A DNA stretch of 63,942 nt, the filler included, from an uncultured Ignavibacteriales bacterium (GTDB lineage Bacteria; Zixibacteria; MSB-5A5; GN15; JAAZOE01): NCBI GenBank assembly GCA_964611355.1. It is 7 parts of 6 records of this genome, joined end to end, with 100 filler letters (N's around TTAATTAATTAA, not from the genome) between each part and the next. Parts side by side here need not be neighbours in the genome. Positions count along the whole stretch, not along the records: positions 51,774 to 54,560 come from CAZSYD010000005.1; positions 54,661 to 63,942 come from CAZSYD010000073.1; 5 more parts are not named here. One strand, given 5' to 3'. The translations under genes were made by a program, and so were the position numbers. Shown here in pieces: positions 51,997 through 61,098 of this stretch (position 1 is its first letter; each line of letters begins with the position of its first letter). The notes below the pieces were generated by a model. The model was given only the letters and a program-made list of their open reading frames with translations. It had not been told where the DNA came from and ran no database searches.

Positions 51997-52698
51997 TTAG
52001 AGCTTGTTCAATTTTATCGGAACCGCTACCCGGAAAGCGTCTTTTCTGACGACTTCGATCACCAGACAACGGTAGTGTGGTCCTTCGGGAAGGCGTTCCC
52101 ATATGGGAGATACGGTTATTTCTTTCTCGGCTTTTCCTTTGAGCGTAAAGCTTGTTTCGGAGACGGCTAATGAAGAATCATTGTCGATGTACATAGTAAA
52201 TTCGGTTTTTTCGTCTTCGAGGTTTTTTATGGTAAATACCTGTTTTCCCTTGCCGACGATGAACGCGGTCGAGGAAGGCGATATCGTTATGGTTTTCGGG
52301 GCGCGAGCGACCGCCGACATGAAATAAAGGTGCATCTCCGGATTGGGTTCGTAATCGGTGACAATGCGAATATCCCGGTTGGTTTCCCCGACGTAGGTTT
52401 TGGTATCGAATAAGACCTGAAAATTGTATGATTCGCCAGGGGCAATGGAAACGGGTGCTCTTGATGTATGGGTGCAGTCGCACCCCGGTTCTATCCGTTC
52501 GATAGTCACCGTATCGGTATGGCTATTGGTCAGAACGTAGTGATGACATACCTGGGCGTCACGGGGTATAAATCCAAACAGCCAGTTGAATTCCGATGGA
52601 GCCAGCGGCGGTTCAGGGACGGTTGATTTCTTCTTATCGGCCAGAATCGTGCCGGTTAATAGCAGAACGATGATCAGAAAGGCAAGACCAGCTTTCAT
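51997..52698 (-). CDS. DUF1573 domain secreted protein
   Basis: Signal peptide, PGCDCT, IAPGES..V.FDT. Confidence 0.8.
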   Translation of the reverse strand: MKAGLAFLIIVLLLTGTILADKKKSTVPEPPLAPSEFNWLFGFIPRDAQVCHHYVLTNSHTDTVTIERIEPGCDCTHTSRAPVSIAPGESYNFQVLFDTKTYVGETNRDIRIVTDYEPNPEMHLYFMSAVARAPKTITISPSSTAFIVGKGKQVFTIKNLEDEKTEFTMYIDNDSSLAVSETSFTLKGKAEKEITVSPIWERLPEGPHYRCLVIEVVRKDAFRVAVPIKLNKL

Positions 52699-53684
52699 AC
52701 CTTTCCGGCCTCCATTGTCTTAAACCCGTGTTTTATCATCCACCGGTCGGAAAAGCATTTTGACAGGTACCTGATCGCCGAATCGGGGAATATGACTACG
52801 ACAATGCTTTCCGGATTGATGTTCTTGGCCAGTCCGAAGGCGGCGTAGGCGGCCGTTCCGGAAGAGCCGCCCGCCATGATTCCGTAGCGGCGGGTGAGCA
52901 TGCGGGCGATGGCAAAGGAATCCTCATCCGATACGGTTACCACATCGTCGATAACGGCAGGGTCGAGAGACTTGGTGACCATATCCGATCCGATTCCCTC
53001 GACGAGGTAGGTTGAAGTCGGGCCGGTCTTGCCGCTTTTGATATAGTCGGCGAACAACGAACCGGGGGGATCAACGGCGATTGCCTTTACTTCGGGATTT
53101 TGCTCTTTGAGATATTGGGCCGTTCCGGACAGGGTGCCGCCGGTGCCGATGCCAGCCACAAGATGGGTGATTTTGCCATCGGTCTGCCGCCATATCTCCG
53201 GCCCGGTGGTATAGTAGTGCGCCATGGGATTGTCGATATTGTCATACTGGTTGAAATAGAAATACCCTTTTTCTTCGGCCAGGCGTTTGGCGGTCTGATA
53301 ACAGCTTCGGGGATCGTCCCAGGCCGCCTCGGTCGGCGTGATAATAACCTCGGCGCCAAGCGCTCGCAACAGGTCGATTTTCTCCTGGCTCGTTTTTTCA
53401 GCAGTGGTAAAGATCGTTTTCAACCCATACGCCGCGGCAACCATAGCCACCCCGATACCGGTATTGCCGGAGGTATTATCGATTATGGTATCGCCTTTTT
53501 TTAGCTTTCCTTCCTTGAGCGCCTTTTCGATGATATACTTGCCGATGCGGTCTTTGACCGAACCGCCCGGATTAAGATATTCCAACTTGGCCAGAATCAA
53601 CGGCTTGGGGCGGTCGGGATCATCCGTAATCTGCAACAAAGGGGTGTTGCCAATCAGGTCGGGGTTGTTTTTGTAATATTCCAT
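52695..53684 (-). CDS. cysK: Cysteine synthase / cystathionine beta-synthase family PLP enzyme
   Basis: IGNTPL, NPGGSVKDR, TSGNTG, GTGGT. Confidence 0.88.
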   Translation of the reverse strand: MEYYKNNPDLIGNTPLLQITDDPDRPKPLILAKLEYLNPGGSVKDRIGKYIIEKALKEGKLKKGDTIIDNTSGNTGIGVAMVAAAYGLKTIFTTAEKTSQEKIDLLRALGAEVIITPTEAAWDDPRSCYQTAKRLAEEKGYFYFNQYDNIDNPMAHYYTTGPEIWRQTDGKITHLVAGIGTGGTLSGTAQYLKEQNPEVKAIAVDPPGSLFADYIKSGKTGPTSTYLVEGIGSDMVTKSLDPAVIDDVVTVSDEDSFAIARMLTRRYGIMAGGSSGTAAYAAFGLAKNINPESIVVVIFPDSAIRYLSKCFSDRWMIKHGFKTMEAGKV

Positions 53685-53768
53685 TGTCTAAAAATTCCTT
53701 TCCCGTTTCCAAATATTATTATACAAACAATAATCTAATACAACTGTTTTTTAATGCCCGGTAATTTC

Positions 53769-53797
53769 TTGACAAAGGTGTTCAACAGACATATTAT
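53769..53797 (+). promoter_or_regulatory. sigma70-like promoter TTGACA-N17-TATTAT
   Basis: Near-perfect consensus upstream of the SPOR gene with GGAGG SD. Confidence 0.6.
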
Positions 53798-53818
53798 TCA
53801 TAAAACAGAGGAGGTTTA

Positions 53819-54289
53819 ATGTATCGTGTATTCGTAGTGGCCATGCTTATCGTCGGTCTGACGTTTGCCGGATGCAGCAAGAAAGAAGAGGATGTCAAGG
53901 CTATTGAGCAGGAAGCTGTAGAAGGTGAAGCGGCGGAGGTAATGGATTCACTCGAACGAACCGGCACGGAAGCCGAGACATACCAGGAAGCCGCCGCCGG
54001 GGCCACCGAAACGGAAACCTACTCCGAGGCAGCGCCAACCGATTATTCCGGCCTGGAAGGGTTTGTGGTTCAAATCGGAAGTTATGCCGACTATAACTTT
54101 GCCCGGATGATGGCTGAAAAGTATCAAAACCGGGATTATCCCGCCTTTGTGCAAACGATTGAAATCGACGGCAAAATTTATTATCGGCTGCGCGTTGGAG
54201 TGTATGAAACACTTGAAGATGCCAAAACAATCGGCGAGCTTCTCAAGGACAGATATTCGGCGGAATACTGGATCGATATGAATAGATGA
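53819..54289 (+). CDS. SPOR-domain lipoprotein
   Basis: Lipobox FAGC; VQIGSY...YYRLRVG. Confidence 0.88.
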   Translation: MYRVFVVAMLIVGLTFAGCSKKEEDVKAIEQEAVEGEAAEVMDSLERTGTEAETYQEAAAGATETETYSEAAPTDYSGLEGFVVQIGSYADYNFARMMAEKYQNRDYPAFVQTIEIDGKIYYRLRVGVYETLEDAKTIGELLKDRYSAEYWIDMNR

Positions 54290-54423
54290 AGCTCCGTACC
54301 GAATACCTGACTCTTGACGCCAGTTCTCGCCGCGAGTATATCAATATCACCTTAAGTGAAGACAAAGCCTTGGCCCGATCCGGAATCAAAGAGGGGATGG
54401 TTCTGGTGTCGGTCGTGAAGTAG
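54286..54423 (+). pseudogene. Truncated YjbQ/UPF0047-family remnant
   Basis: MKLRTEYLTLDASSRREYINIT...SGIKEGMVLVS then a stop, before the usual HxTA motif. Confidence 0.6.
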
Positions 54424-54460
54424 TCATTCCGGTTACTGAAAACGGATACTATCCGCCCCC

Positions 54461-54485
54461 AAAAGCCCGCTATAGTGCGGGTTTT
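54461..54485 (+). terminator. Bidirectional terminator hairpin
   Basis: AAAAGCCCGC-TATAGT-GCGGGTTTT. Confidence 0.6.
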
Positions 54486-54660
54486 CTTGGTTTATATATT
54501 TGATTCTTAGGATTCATCCTTCAGGTATTTGGAGAAGAAATCAACCATTCTCCGGTACATNNNNNNNNNNNNNNNNNNNNNNNNNNNNNNNNNNNNNNNN
54601 NNNNTTAATTAATTAANNNNNNNNNNNNNNNNNNNNNNNNNNNNNNNNNNNNNNNNNNNN

Positions 54661-55189
54661 ATCCAAAGATTTCTTTCATAGCCATCCAATCGAAGGTTTT
54701 ACCGGCGGCTCCGCCAATACCGCCCCAGAAGTCGGACTTTCCTTTCTGTTTTCCAAGAGTCAGGGCTATCAGCCGGTCAAGGTTTCTCATTCGCATCTGC
54801 TCGCCCATTATCGAGCCGTACTGGTACGCTTTGGCATACCCCAGTTCCGATTCGCCGATAGCCGTAGCACCCGCTCGCATAACTGGAGCAACCACATCAG
54901 CCTGATAATATCCCGGCGCCTCTCCGGCTCCGTGAATTCCCCTGCTCGCCAGATCCGCCTCAAAGGCTTCGGTTGAGACTGGTAGCCGCGATAGCAATTC
55001 TGACATCTGGCCCCTGAGTGATCGATCAAAGGCACTCTTGTCCGGCAGAAAACCGCTATAATTGCTTTTTTCATACTCTTTCCGCACAAGCTCCATAAGT
55101 TCGTCCATATCGCCTGAGCCGCCGCCGAAAAGGCCACCAAGCAATGACGTAGCCACGTTTGCCGCGCCATATATCAGTAAAGGGTCCAT
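54661..55189 (-). CDS. Putative internal virion / DNA-ejection protein (truncated)
   Basis: MDPL..Gly/Ala-rich N-terminus, helical body, Gly-rich C-terminal segment; lies after the nozzle gene. Confidence 0.55.
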
Positions 55190-55190
55190 G

Positions 55191-55661
55191 CTATTCTCCT
55201 TCCACCATAACCCGAACCGTGCCGGTATCTGTGCTGTCGCTGGATATGATGATAAACTGCGTCCCGGAAATCGGGATTATCCGGTAACTGCTTTCGTTGT
55301 CTGCATCCAGCGACCACACCCTGCCGAAATAAGTCGTATGGTCAATAAAGCTCAAATCCTGCCGACCGTCAGAGATCGAAGAATTGACTGTGATTGTATC
55401 GTAGCCGCTTCCGCCCAACTTGATTTCCCTTACCGCCCGGTGATACCCCTTTGCATGTTCCGATTGATTTACCGGCCTGCCTGTTCCGATGTCATATACT
55501 GTTTTGACCCGGCCCTCTACCGCTGGGGGGGCTGGTAGCGGCTCAACGAGCCGGGCCGCAGGGATGGAATCATTCTCCCGCTTATCTGCGGAATTCACAA
55601 AGCCAGGCAAGCCGGTAATTACCAAGAACCAAAAGAGAAAGAGATATTTAATCTTTTTCAT
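55191..55661 (-). CDS. Phage hypothetical protein with signal peptide
   Basis: MKKIKYLFLFWFLVITGLPGFVNSA; beta-rich C-terminal part. Confidence 0.65.
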   Translation of the reverse strand: MKKIKYLFLFWFLVITGLPGFVNSADKRENDSIPAARLVEPLPAPPAVEGRVKTVYDIGTGRPVNQSEHAKGYHRAVREIKLGGSGYDTITVNSSISDGRQDLSFIDHTTYFGRVWSLDADNESSYRIIPISGTQFIIISSDSTDTGTVRVMVEGE

Positions 55662-58378
55662 CGAATCCGCCCCTTGTCTGACGGCAAATAGCCGATAGTG
55701 TATCCGGTTATCGTGTAATCCCCGGCCCCCTGATCGGCTATCCTGACCGAAAGGTCTTTTACTATTTCCTTGACCACGAACCGCTGGATTTCTTTTTCGG
55801 TGAAATCAACCGCCCTACTGACGGTCTTGACGGAATCCTGACCTTTGAGATCGAAAAAGGTCAACGAAAGCATATCGCACGATCCCGTTCCCTGCAAATC
55901 GACATAAAATATCTGCTCCCGATTGTTGCCGTTGTCGAAAAAAGACTTGGATTGATAAACCGCAAAAATAGAATCGGTTCCGTCCAGCGAAGTATCAGCA
56001 TAATTCCAGTCGTAAAGAGTATCGTTATCGGCGATGAATACCCATCGGGTTGTCCGGTAATCAGCCGCGTCGCTTTCGTAGTCATAAGGCACGCCGTCGA
56101 TGATCCCGAAGGTGTAGCACTTCCAATGCGGAAAAGGCACGAATGAATAAATGTAGATTTTTGAGTTAATAGAATCGCCCGGGGGGTTTTCACCGGGCCC
56201 GGGTTGAGGTCTCGGGATCGCACCGGAAAACCAGTATTCGTCTCCGACCACTCCACCCCAAGCCGACATAAGATTATCGCCTATTGAGTCCAGAGAGTTT
56301 TCGATTGTCCACGAAATCGGATTGTCCCAGTTATCGCCCGGGAAGGAATAAATCCCGGTATTATGCGCCCAAAAAGCCCGGTTATATCCGCCGGCAAGAC
56401 TCCGGGGGGCGGTCAGTCCTATATCGGCGCTCAATTCTTTGATCTGGTACTGGTAAAAGCTCTGGCCAGCAAACCCGACGAATGAATTTTGCCTGAACGC
56501 CAATAGCCAGTCTCCCATAGAGAGAAGGCCGTTAAACCAGTCGCCCTTTTGGGATGGGATGTTTATGTGCTTGTCCCGATGCCAATTCGTTGGTTCCCCA
56601 AAATCTGAAAAATATAGACAGCTCTTGTTCCATGGATTGCCGATGGCGAATAGCCTTGATTGATGAAGGGCGATGTCAGAAGGGCAAAAGGATATTACGG
56701 AATCGTCATTGCAGTAACCCTCAATGGCACCCAAAACTGTCGAATCTTCGTTAAAGACGTGACGGTAATAATATGAGTATCCACTATACGGCTCGGCTTG
56801 GTGATATATGCAAGTATCGCCCGCCGAATCTGTTTCCAGTTTAATATCCAACATGGAGCCGTACTGCCTGTAAGTAAATTCACCGTGTTTTTCGCCAAGC
56901 CATTTGAAAGGTATCGTGTCGGTATAAGTCGTTGTTTCCGGGTCAAGTTCAGCCACCATGTAAAATCGACCTATTTTGTTTTCGACATAACCGAATCGGA
57001 GGTTTCGCTCACCCAATATCTGATATACGTTGCCGTCATCTTCGCCTCTATAGTTTGGGTCGAGATACATTCTTAATAAATATTTTTTGGTTATAGAGGA
57101 TGAACCAAATCCAACCGGTACTAAAATATTGGATATATTTGCGATGATGATGGTATCTATATCTTCGTCAAAAGGTTCCCACGCCGGATAGTTGCCCCTC
57201 CTTGTGGTGGGCGTTGAGATATAACTATACCTTCCCGCTGAGTCTTTATAAACGACGGAATAGGATACAAAATAACCGCCGGTGTCTCTATAATCGGAAA
57301 CGGAACAAATGTCTGTCCCGAAGCCGTTTTCGGTTAAATCTATACCATAAGGATAATGAGCGTATGGATAATAGGCGGCGATAAGATAACTCGTATCCCC
57401 AGCACTATCAATTAGAACCCAAGGTCGTTCTTCCCGGTCAAAATCAACCATTAAACCACCGGGGGCGCATGAATCGTTGTCTATACTACTCCCCGTTGAG
57501 TTTGGGAAAAACACTGGTGTCAGGGTATCGGTTATATTCGCCGCCGAATCCATTGAAACGCTGTCCACAAAGCTCGTAGCGTAGATGCTTTTAATGAGAT
57601 GCCAAGCACCATCCTCGTTGTCTTGGCGATATATTTCGATGCTATCCCCGGCTGACGGCACTATCATTCCCTCAATCCAGACTTTGCCGTTATTTACATA
57701 GACGGGGAACGAAGGGACGGACGCGTCGGGACAGTTGGCGTTTGTGAATATATAACGATATTGCACCGTCCCGTTAATAGAACCAATGCCGTCGAGCGGA
57801 GAGACCCTCGGTTGGCCGGGCCCATACGGTCTGGCTGGCATTGATTTATTCCCATCAAAGACCACCATATCGCTACTCGTGCTGGCTATGATTAGATTTT
57901 CATTCACAATCGCCGATCTTTCGTTGTACGGAAGGCTTAGATGGCGGCGGCCAAGATAATAATTCCATCCGATAAAGGTCGTGCAGGTGCCGCCGCTCTC
58001 ATCATCACAAAGAAATAAAGAAGCCAAATTGAGTGCAGGTTCCGCGAGTCCGTAATCACCGCCCCGCGTTGTATCGTTTCTGACAACCAGAAAGCCCTTG
58101 CCTATGCTGCGGCCATAATAGCCGAAAACGGCTTGGCCTATTTGTTCGGAGAGGCTGTCAATGTAGTATTGCCGAAAACCGTTTCTGCGTTTTAACGCCC
58201 CATATCCGTCAATATCAAAATTATCAAGGACAATCGCCTGGTTGTCTTTCATCAGGGAATTGCTGATCGAGTTCACCAGCCCGCCGGAGAAATCATTTAC
58301 AGGATATTCTTCAATCTCCTGCGATGACAGAGGCGCCGTCAGTAATAACGTCAGGATTATGAAAAGACAGCGAATCAT
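55658..58378 (-). CDS. Phage tail nozzle / tail tubular protein B-like (P22 gp10/T7 gp12 class) with N-terminal signal peptide
   Basis: After MIRCLFIILTLLLTAPLSS comes DFSGGL...DNQAIVLDNFDID..GALKRRNG; later HQSRLF...LYFSDFGEPTNW beta-propeller patterns. Confidence 0.7.
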   Translation of the reverse strand: MIRCLFIILTLLLTAPLSSQEIEEYPVNDFSGGLVNSISNSLMKDNQAIVLDNFDIDGYGALKRRNGFRQYYIDSLSEQIGQAVFGYYGRSIGKGFLVVRNDTTRGGDYGLAEPALNLASLFLCDDESGGTCTTFIGWNYYLGRRHLSLPYNERSAIVNENLIIASTSSDMVVFDGNKSMPARPYGPGQPRVSPLDGIGSINGTVQYRYIFTNANCPDASVPSFPVYVNNGKVWIEGMIVPSAGDSIEIYRQDNEDGAWHLIKSIYATSFVDSVSMDSAANITDTLTPVFFPNSTGSSIDNDSCAPGGLMVDFDREERPWVLIDSAGDTSYLIAAYYPYAHYPYGIDLTENGFGTDICSVSDYRDTGGYFVSYSVVYKDSAGRYSYISTPTTRRGNYPAWEPFDEDIDTIIIANISNILVPVGFGSSSITKKYLLRMYLDPNYRGEDDGNVYQILGERNLRFGYVENKIGRFYMVAELDPETTTYTDTIPFKWLGEKHGEFTYRQYGSMLDIKLETDSAGDTCIYHQAEPYSGYSYYYRHVFNEDSTVLGAIEGYCNDDSVISFCPSDIALHQSRLFAIGNPWNKSCLYFSDFGEPTNWHRDKHINIPSQKGDWFNGLLSMGDWLLAFRQNSFVGFAGQSFYQYQIKELSADIGLTAPRSLAGGYNRAFWAHNTGIYSFPGDNWDNPISWTIENSLDSIGDNLMSAWGGVVGDEYWFSGAIPRPQPGPGENPPGDSINSKIYIYSFVPFPHWKCYTFGIIDGVPYDYESDAADYRTTRWVFIADNDTLYDWNYADTSLDGTDSIFAVYQSKSFFDNGNNREQIFYVDLQGTGSCDMLSLTFFDLKGQDSVKTVSRAVDFTEKEIQRFVVKEIVKDLSVRIADQGAGDYTITGYTIGYLPSDKGRIR

Positions 58379-59019
58379 TTACCGCTCCCAGCCGAAACCT
58401 TTATTCCCATGTCCTGCCGGACAATAGCATTAAGCAACTGAAAGACGGCGTGGTTCTTTTTCGCCTGCTCATAGTAACTGACGGCTTCTTCGATGATAAA
58501 AACGTGCAGATCGTCGGGGACATAGCAACTATCCGTCCGAGCATCCATATTCGGAGCCCGGGCAAGGTAATGAATCCTTACGGTCTGATCGGTGTAGAAA
58601 TAGCTGCCCTTCAAATAAAGCTCGGCTTGATCGGCATTTTCCCACCAGATAAAATACTGGTATTTATCCACATCCGTAATAAAGCCCGGATTGTTGACGG
58701 CCGCATGCCATTGCTCTCCATCATAGGCAACAACCATACTACATCTCTTGAAATCTGTCGGCAGGGAGTATTTCATCGAATCCGGGGAATAGGCAATATC
58801 GCAACGCTGTGGCAAAAATCCGCCGAACGGCACTACCTTATCCATTGCCATATCGAGAAACCGCATCGCCGCCGTATCGGAAATAATCGAGCTGCCGCTG
58901 TCCGGTTCCCCTATTCTCTGCCGGAAACCCCAGAGAAGATCGTCCAACGTAGCCGCTTCGACAAAATGAGCCGCGAAAGTCAGGATTATCAACCAGAGAA
59001 GGATACGCTTCAGCATCAA
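58375..59019 (-). CDS. Phage head-tail adaptor-like protein 2 with N-terminal signal peptide
   Basis: MMLKRILLWLIILTFAAHFVEA, then TLDDL..FRQRIGEP...YSLPTDF...IHYLARAP...VPDDLH. Confidence 0.7.
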   Translation of the reverse strand: MMLKRILLWLIILTFAAHFVEAATLDDLLWGFRQRIGEPDSGSSIISDTAAMRFLDMAMDKVVPFGGFLPQRCDIAYSPDSMKYSLPTDFKRCSMVVAYDGEQWHAAVNNPGFITDVDKYQYFIWWENADQAELYLKGSYFYTDQTVRIHYLARAPNMDARTDSCYVPDDLHVFIIEEAVSYYEQAKKNHAVFQLLNAIVRQDMGIKVSAGSGK

Positions 59020-59690
59020 TGCCCCCTTCCGATTTTGTGGCTCAATCGGTTCCGCTTTGAGGTTCTTTGATCCGGGACCATCCGGATATCGGTAATAACC
59101 CGGCCAATATCCTCCTGATAATGACCGAGTTTTCTCAGGTAGATATGAGCATCAACTTCGGCTGTCGTAAAGAATTCCGGCAACGAAGCGCGAACCCCGC
59201 GCATCAATAGAGACCATTCTTCAATCGCGTCTATGTCGTTTTCCGTCGGCTCGCGGTAATACTCGAACTTGTAAGTGCATGAGGTTGAGGCCTCATCTGC
59301 CAGAACCAGATAGTTTCCCCTGCCGTCGGAACCGTCATGATTGAACTCAATGTAGCACATATTGGCGGCTGCGGGCGCATTGTTTTCAATCGTATGCAGG
59401 ACTTCGGTTTTACCGACAATGTAGATCAGGCGGACGAAGTTGCCGCTGCTATCATATTCGGCGCACGATGTCCGGGCAGTAAAGAAATCGCTGTTGAGCT
59501 TATATTGAAGATCCGTCGTATTGATGGAGATTTCTTGAGTCCGGGAAAGCGTCCGAAACCGGCCGCCGCTCTGCTGGAGCATCTCCAGTGCAACCTCGCC
59601 GACCTTTCGCTCAATCTTTGCCTGGATTTCAGGGCCGGTCTTGCCCGAATCCGAAATCAGCCTATCGACCATAAATGCTCTTGATGCCAT
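59016..59690 (-). CDS. Phage head-tail adaptor-like protein 1 (no signal peptide)
   Basis: Helical N-terminus, QYKLNSDF and YKFEYYREP adaptor-type motifs. Confidence 0.6.
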   Translation of the reverse strand: MASRAFMVDRLISDSGKTGPEIQAKIERKVGEVALEMLQQSGGRFRTLSRTQEISINTTDLQYKLNSDFFTARTSCAEYDSSGNFVRLIYIVGKTEVLHTIENNAPAAANMCYIEFNHDGSDGRGNYLVLADEASTSCTYKFEYYREPTENDIDAIEEWSLLMRGVRASLPEFFTTAEVDAHIYLRKLGHYQEDIGRVITDIRMVPDQRTSKRNRLSHKIGRGH

Positions 59691-59693
59691 TTT

Positions 59694-60224
59694 TTAACCC
59701 CCGTAGGCAGCCATCCTGGGTGTTTGGCGCAGCCTTTTCTTCGCAACCGGATTGAGCTTTTGCAACGGTTCAACGGCCTCTTTTTTCTCTTCCAGCCGCG
59801 TCGCCATTTTGCCGATGCGCTCTTTAACGTCCTTCATGGTGAGAGAGGCCATATCCGCCGATTTGCCTACGCTCACGCAGGTTTTGACTTCCTGTACCTT
59901 GACCATATCGAGTTCACGCCAGAAACCGGTCTCATCTCTTTCGTCGATATTGAAGCCGTGAGAACTTGAGCCGAAGGCGGCATGTTGCAAAAGCAGTTCG
60001 AGGATATTGGAGTTGGTAACTCTCAAGCTACCGGCTTTGAATTTAATCCTGAGCCCTGTTCCGGACGTTGATACATAAGCCTTGCGTACCTGGTCATATA
60101 CATCCTCAAGCGGCTTCAGAATAATTTTGAGGTGTGGAGCATCCTCGGTTGATACGAAAGTGGCGGCGACTTTAAGATCGCTGCCTTTGAATTTCTTCGG
60201 CCCTTTTGTTCTTTCAAACGCCAT
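59694..60224 (-). CDS. Phage hypothetical protein
   Basis: AGGAGA SD; lies within the structural operon. Confidence 0.6.
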   Translation of the reverse strand: MAFERTKGPKKFKGSDLKVAATFVSTEDAPHLKIILKPLEDVYDQVRKAYVSTSGTGLRIKFKAGSLRVTNSNILELLLQHAAFGSSSHGFNIDERDETGFWRELDMVKVQEVKTCVSVGKSADMASLTMKDVKERIGKMATRLEEKKEAVEPLQKLNPVAKKRLRQTPRMAAYGG

Positions 60225-60248
60225 CGCATTCTCTCCTTTTTTAATCAA

Positions 60249-60270
60249 GGGGGCGGGGTTCGCCCGCCCC
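60249..60270 (-). terminator. GC hairpin after the capsid genes (probable partial terminator)
   Basis: GGGGCGGG-CGAAC-CCCGCCCC on the minus strand. Confidence 0.5.
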
Positions 60271-60281
60271 GTTATTAAGGT

Positions 60282-61091
60282 TTAGTAGTTACACCACTGT
60301 TTTCTCCGGTTGACCGAAGGCCCGAAAACCAACGACCGCGCGGCTATGCTGATGCTCGGTGAGGTGATTGCTCCGGAAGCATCGGTGGCCTGGAAGACCA
60401 GCCTCTTGCCCTTTGAAGCCATAATCGGCTCACCGTCCATATCGAAAGTCGTCGCTGTGGCTGTAACCAACGGCATTGTCCTGACCAGAACCGAAGTCCC
60501 GGCAAAGTCATCGCACTCATAGACCTTTATTCCGGCCGTTGCGCCGCCAAAGCTAACATTCGCCTCAACTTGCAGAATCTCATGGAGAACCTGCATATCG
60601 CCGTTGTGAATGTTAAGCGACGGGCCGTTCAGCGTAACCCCGACAGGGAATATCTCCGCCGTTTCCAGCGAAGTGTCATCGAGGATCAATAATCCCGCGT
60701 CTCCCGTGCAATCGTTGTCAGTTCCCTGACCAGTTGCATAGACGGCATTACCCGCCGAGATTTCAATGTCGTTATCCGGACGGTAATCGACCGGCCAAGC
60801 CTCCCAATCGTCGGCAAGATTAATCATGTGATAGAGGTCATAAACCGTCGAAAGGTCGGAAATGTTGATTACGCCGGAAGTTCCGGGATTATCACCGGTT
60901 GTTACGGCCGCCGTTCCGGCCGTAGCACCTTGTTCAAAAGTCAAGTCGCCCGTTGTGGCCCCGACAGAAACAATGCCTGCCGCATAAGGCCCGATACATC
61001 TGATCCCAATTACGACAGACGTATCGACGGCCACCCGCTCGTAGGTACTCCTGATCCAATCCGCAGGAGATACATTTATAATTCCCATCAT
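60282..61091 (-). CDS. Phage structural protein, possibly capsid decoration
   Basis: Directly after the MCP gene, AGGAGG SD, A/T/G/D-rich. Confidence 0.5.
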   Translation of the reverse strand: MMGIINVSPADWIRSTYERVAVDTSVVIGIRCIGPYAAGIVSVGATTGDLTFEQGATAGTAAVTTGDNPGTSGVINISDLSTVYDLYHMINLADDWEAWPVDYRPDNDIEISAGNAVYATGQGTDNDCTGDAGLLILDDTSLETAEIFPVGVTLNGPSLNIHNGDMQVLHEILQVEANVSFGGATAGIKVYECDDFAGTSVLVRTMPLVTATATTFDMDGEPIMASKGKRLVFQATDASGAITSPSISIAARSLVFGPSVNRRKQWCNY

Positions 61092-61098
61092 TACCTCC

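Noticed and set aside
54286..54700. Phage module integrated into the yjbQ remnant
   Set aside because: The two are separated by an artificial spacer, so there is no evidence of physical linkage.
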